The notes under the pieces are model-generated. The model was given only the letters and a program-made list of their open reading frames with translations, searched no databases and was not told the DNA's origin. Both the position numbers and the translations under genes were made by a program. From NCBI GenBank assembly GCA_020351745.1, contig CP070665.1, forward strand, positions 1,118,783-1,125,329: DNA of 6,547 nucleotides. Reading direction: 5' to 3'. This DNA comes from Candidatus Heimdallarchaeota archaeon (GTDB lineage Archaea > Asgardarchaeota > Heimdallarchaeia > Hodarchaeales > Hodarchaeaceae). Positions 5,366 through 6,547 of the stretch are shown piece by piece (position 1 is the stretch's first letter; each line of letters starts with the position of its first letter).

Positions 5366-6307
5366 TTGAGTAATAGTGTTAGTGAATCTGTCCTCGAAGT
5401 ATCCAACTTGACCAAAATATATGGTCGTGAACTTAACATTGGGGAAAGAAAAATCGTCGGTAATCGAGTTATCGGCGCCCTAGATGTTAGCTTTTCAGTC
5501 AAGAAAGGTGAAATCTTTGGTTTTTTAGGGCCTAACGGTGCTGGAAAGACTACCACCATGAGGGCTATCTTGGATTATCTCAAAATCCAGACTGGCACAG
5601 TCACGATCTTTGGGTTGGATCATCATCAGGATCGGCTTGAAATTCGTAGACGGATAGGATATGTCCCTGGTGACATGGCGCTATTTGAAAACTTTACTGG
5701 TGAAGAACTGTTACTATACTTTAGTAAATTTCGTCCTATTGATGAGGAGTTTCTTGCAGAGCTTCGTAAAAACTTTAGAGTGAAGCTCCATAAGAAAATC
5801 AAATCTCTTTCTACGGGAAACCGTCAACAAGCTGGTCTGATTGCAGCATTAGCTGCGAAACCTGATTTTTTAATCCTTGATGAACCTACCAGTGGCTTAG
5901 ATCCTCTTATGACAGCTAATTTCCATAAAATTATCAGGAAGCTCAGTAAAGAAGGATATACGATCTTTTTGAGTTCTCACGATCTTGCTGAAGTCCAGGC
6001 GGTCTGTGATCGTGTGGGAATCATTAAAGAGGGGAAAATGATTCTTGTTGAAGCCGTTGAGGATCTTAAAACAAAGTTTATGCAGAAAGTGCGGATAACT
6101 TTCAATGGTTCTTCAGTTCCTTCCGAGGAAGAAATCACCAAATTGAACACAGTTATTTCTGTTGAACAGACGAAAACGAATACCTTCGTGTTAAAAATCA
6201 AGGAGGATGTTAATGAATTGTTGAAATGGATCTCTAATTATGATATCAAACGTTTTACCTGTGAGGATGCAACTCTTGAAGAAATCTTCCTCCAGTTTTA
6301 TGAGTAG
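5366..6307 (+). CDS. ABC transporter ATP-binding protein, ABC-2/CcmA-like (COG1131-type) exporter ATPase
   Basis: 313-aa ORF with Walker A GPNGAGKTT (5528-5554), signature-like LSTGNRQQ, Walker B FLILDEPTSGLD, and H-loop SSHDL. A C-terminal extension of about 90 aa ends ATLEEIFLQFYE, typical of this subfamily. TTG start with GGAG (5353-5356) 9 nt upstream. The next in-frame ATG lies after Walker A and so cannot be the start. Confidence 0.9.
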   Translation: MSNSVSESVLEVSNLTKIYGRELNIGERKIVGNRVIGALDVSFSVKKGEIFGFLGPNGAGKTTTMRAILDYLKIQTGTVTIFGLDHHQDRLEIRRRIGYVPGDMALFENFTGEELLLYFSKFRPIDEEFLAELRKNFRVKLHKKIKSLSTGNRQQAGLIAALAAKPDFLILDEPTSGLDPLMTANFHKIIRKLSKEGYTIFLSSHDLAEVQAVCDRVGIIKEGKMILVEAVEDLKTKFMQKVRITFNGSSVPSEEEITKLNTVISVEQTKTNTFVLKIKEDVNELLKWISNYDIKRFTCEDATLEEIFLQFYE

Positions 6308-6318
6308 GTGATATAATA

Positions 6319-6547
6319 ATGGTACATGTTTATTTGAAGAATTTACGAAAGTCTTGGTTGACTGGTCTGGTACCTCCTTTGGTTGCGGCGGCTTTTGTGG
6401 GCACCGTTGCCCTGAGTTTTCCAACCATGATTAAAACTATTCTTGAAAGACTGGAAGCAATGAGTAATCCCATTTATAAAGTTATATTAGGTGATTTAGG
6501 TCTTGAAGGTCTTGGTTTGACCTGGCAAGCTGTTTTGTTCATGTATG
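6319..6547 (+). CDS. ABC-2-type transporter permease, N-terminal part; continues beyond the right edge
   Basis: Not in the ORF track because it is open-ended. ATG 6319 is preceded by GGTG (6307-6310) and lies 11 nt after the ATPase stop. Hand translation: MVHVYLKNLRKSWLTGLVPPLVAAAFVGTVALSFPTMIKTILERLEAMSNPIYKVILGDLGLEGLGLTWQAVLFMY. There is no stop to the window end. It has the basic N-terminus, first TM and long first loop typical of ABC-2 permeases. Operon position supports the call. Confidence 0.6.
   Translation, partial: MVHVYLKNLRKSWLTGLVPPLVAAAFVGTVALSFPTMIKTILERLEAMSNPIYKVILGDLGLEGLGLTWQAVLFMY

Noticed and set aside
5347-5559. 70-aa minus-strand ORF
   Set aside because: It is antisense to the Walker A region of the ABC ATPase, whose own frame carries unambiguous motifs.
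5977-6201. 74-aa minus-strand ORF
   Set aside because: It is antisense to the C-terminal part of the ABC ATPase and has no supporting motif or start context.
6191-6424. 77-aa minus-strand ORF spanning the ATPase/permease junction
   Set aside because: It is antisense to two SD-supported, operon-arranged plus-strand genes, so it is a shadow ORF.

Overview
AT-rich, gene-dense window. Hand-counted 60-nt samples of coding sequence give about 33-37% G+C, and intergenic DNA about 28%. I support ten protein-coding regions on both strands and found no rRNA, tRNA, CRISPR array, transposase or integrase. Left to right: (1) the 3' part of a GyrI-like ligand-binding protein, open to the left edge; (2) a 175-aa protein that aligns by hand to the Ras-superfamily G-domain but has degraded nucleotide-binding motifs, a candidate pseudoGTPase; (3) a crotonase-fold protein 37 nt downstream, probably co-transcribed; (4) a convergent 4-TM membrane protein; (5) a Cys/His-rich 110-aa ORF on a local GC-rich island; (6-7) a 50-codon TM ORF and a 129-aa C-terminally anchored ORF that share one reading frame, separated only by a single TAA and 72 stop-free codons; (8) a 369-aa protein made of two GbsR/MarR-like winged-helix modules; (9-10) a divergent ABC-2-type exporter, with a complete ATPase and a permease running off the right edge. 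The regulator/transporter intergenic region holds phased T-tracts and a 10/11 inverted repeat over a TATA-like box. AT-rich TATA-like boxes about 30 nt upstream of several ATGs, together with GGTG/GGAG Shine-Dalgarno motifs, suggest an archaeon. The small-GTPase-like gene is compatible with an Asgard-type lineage, but that is inference only. All functional calls come from motif recognition by eye; no database search was possible. The items I would re-examine first are the TAA-split membrane-protein frame, the pseudoGTPase candidate, the single-chain tandem wHTH regulator and the GC-rich Cys-rich ORF. I cannot show that any of them forms a coherent new multi-gene system.
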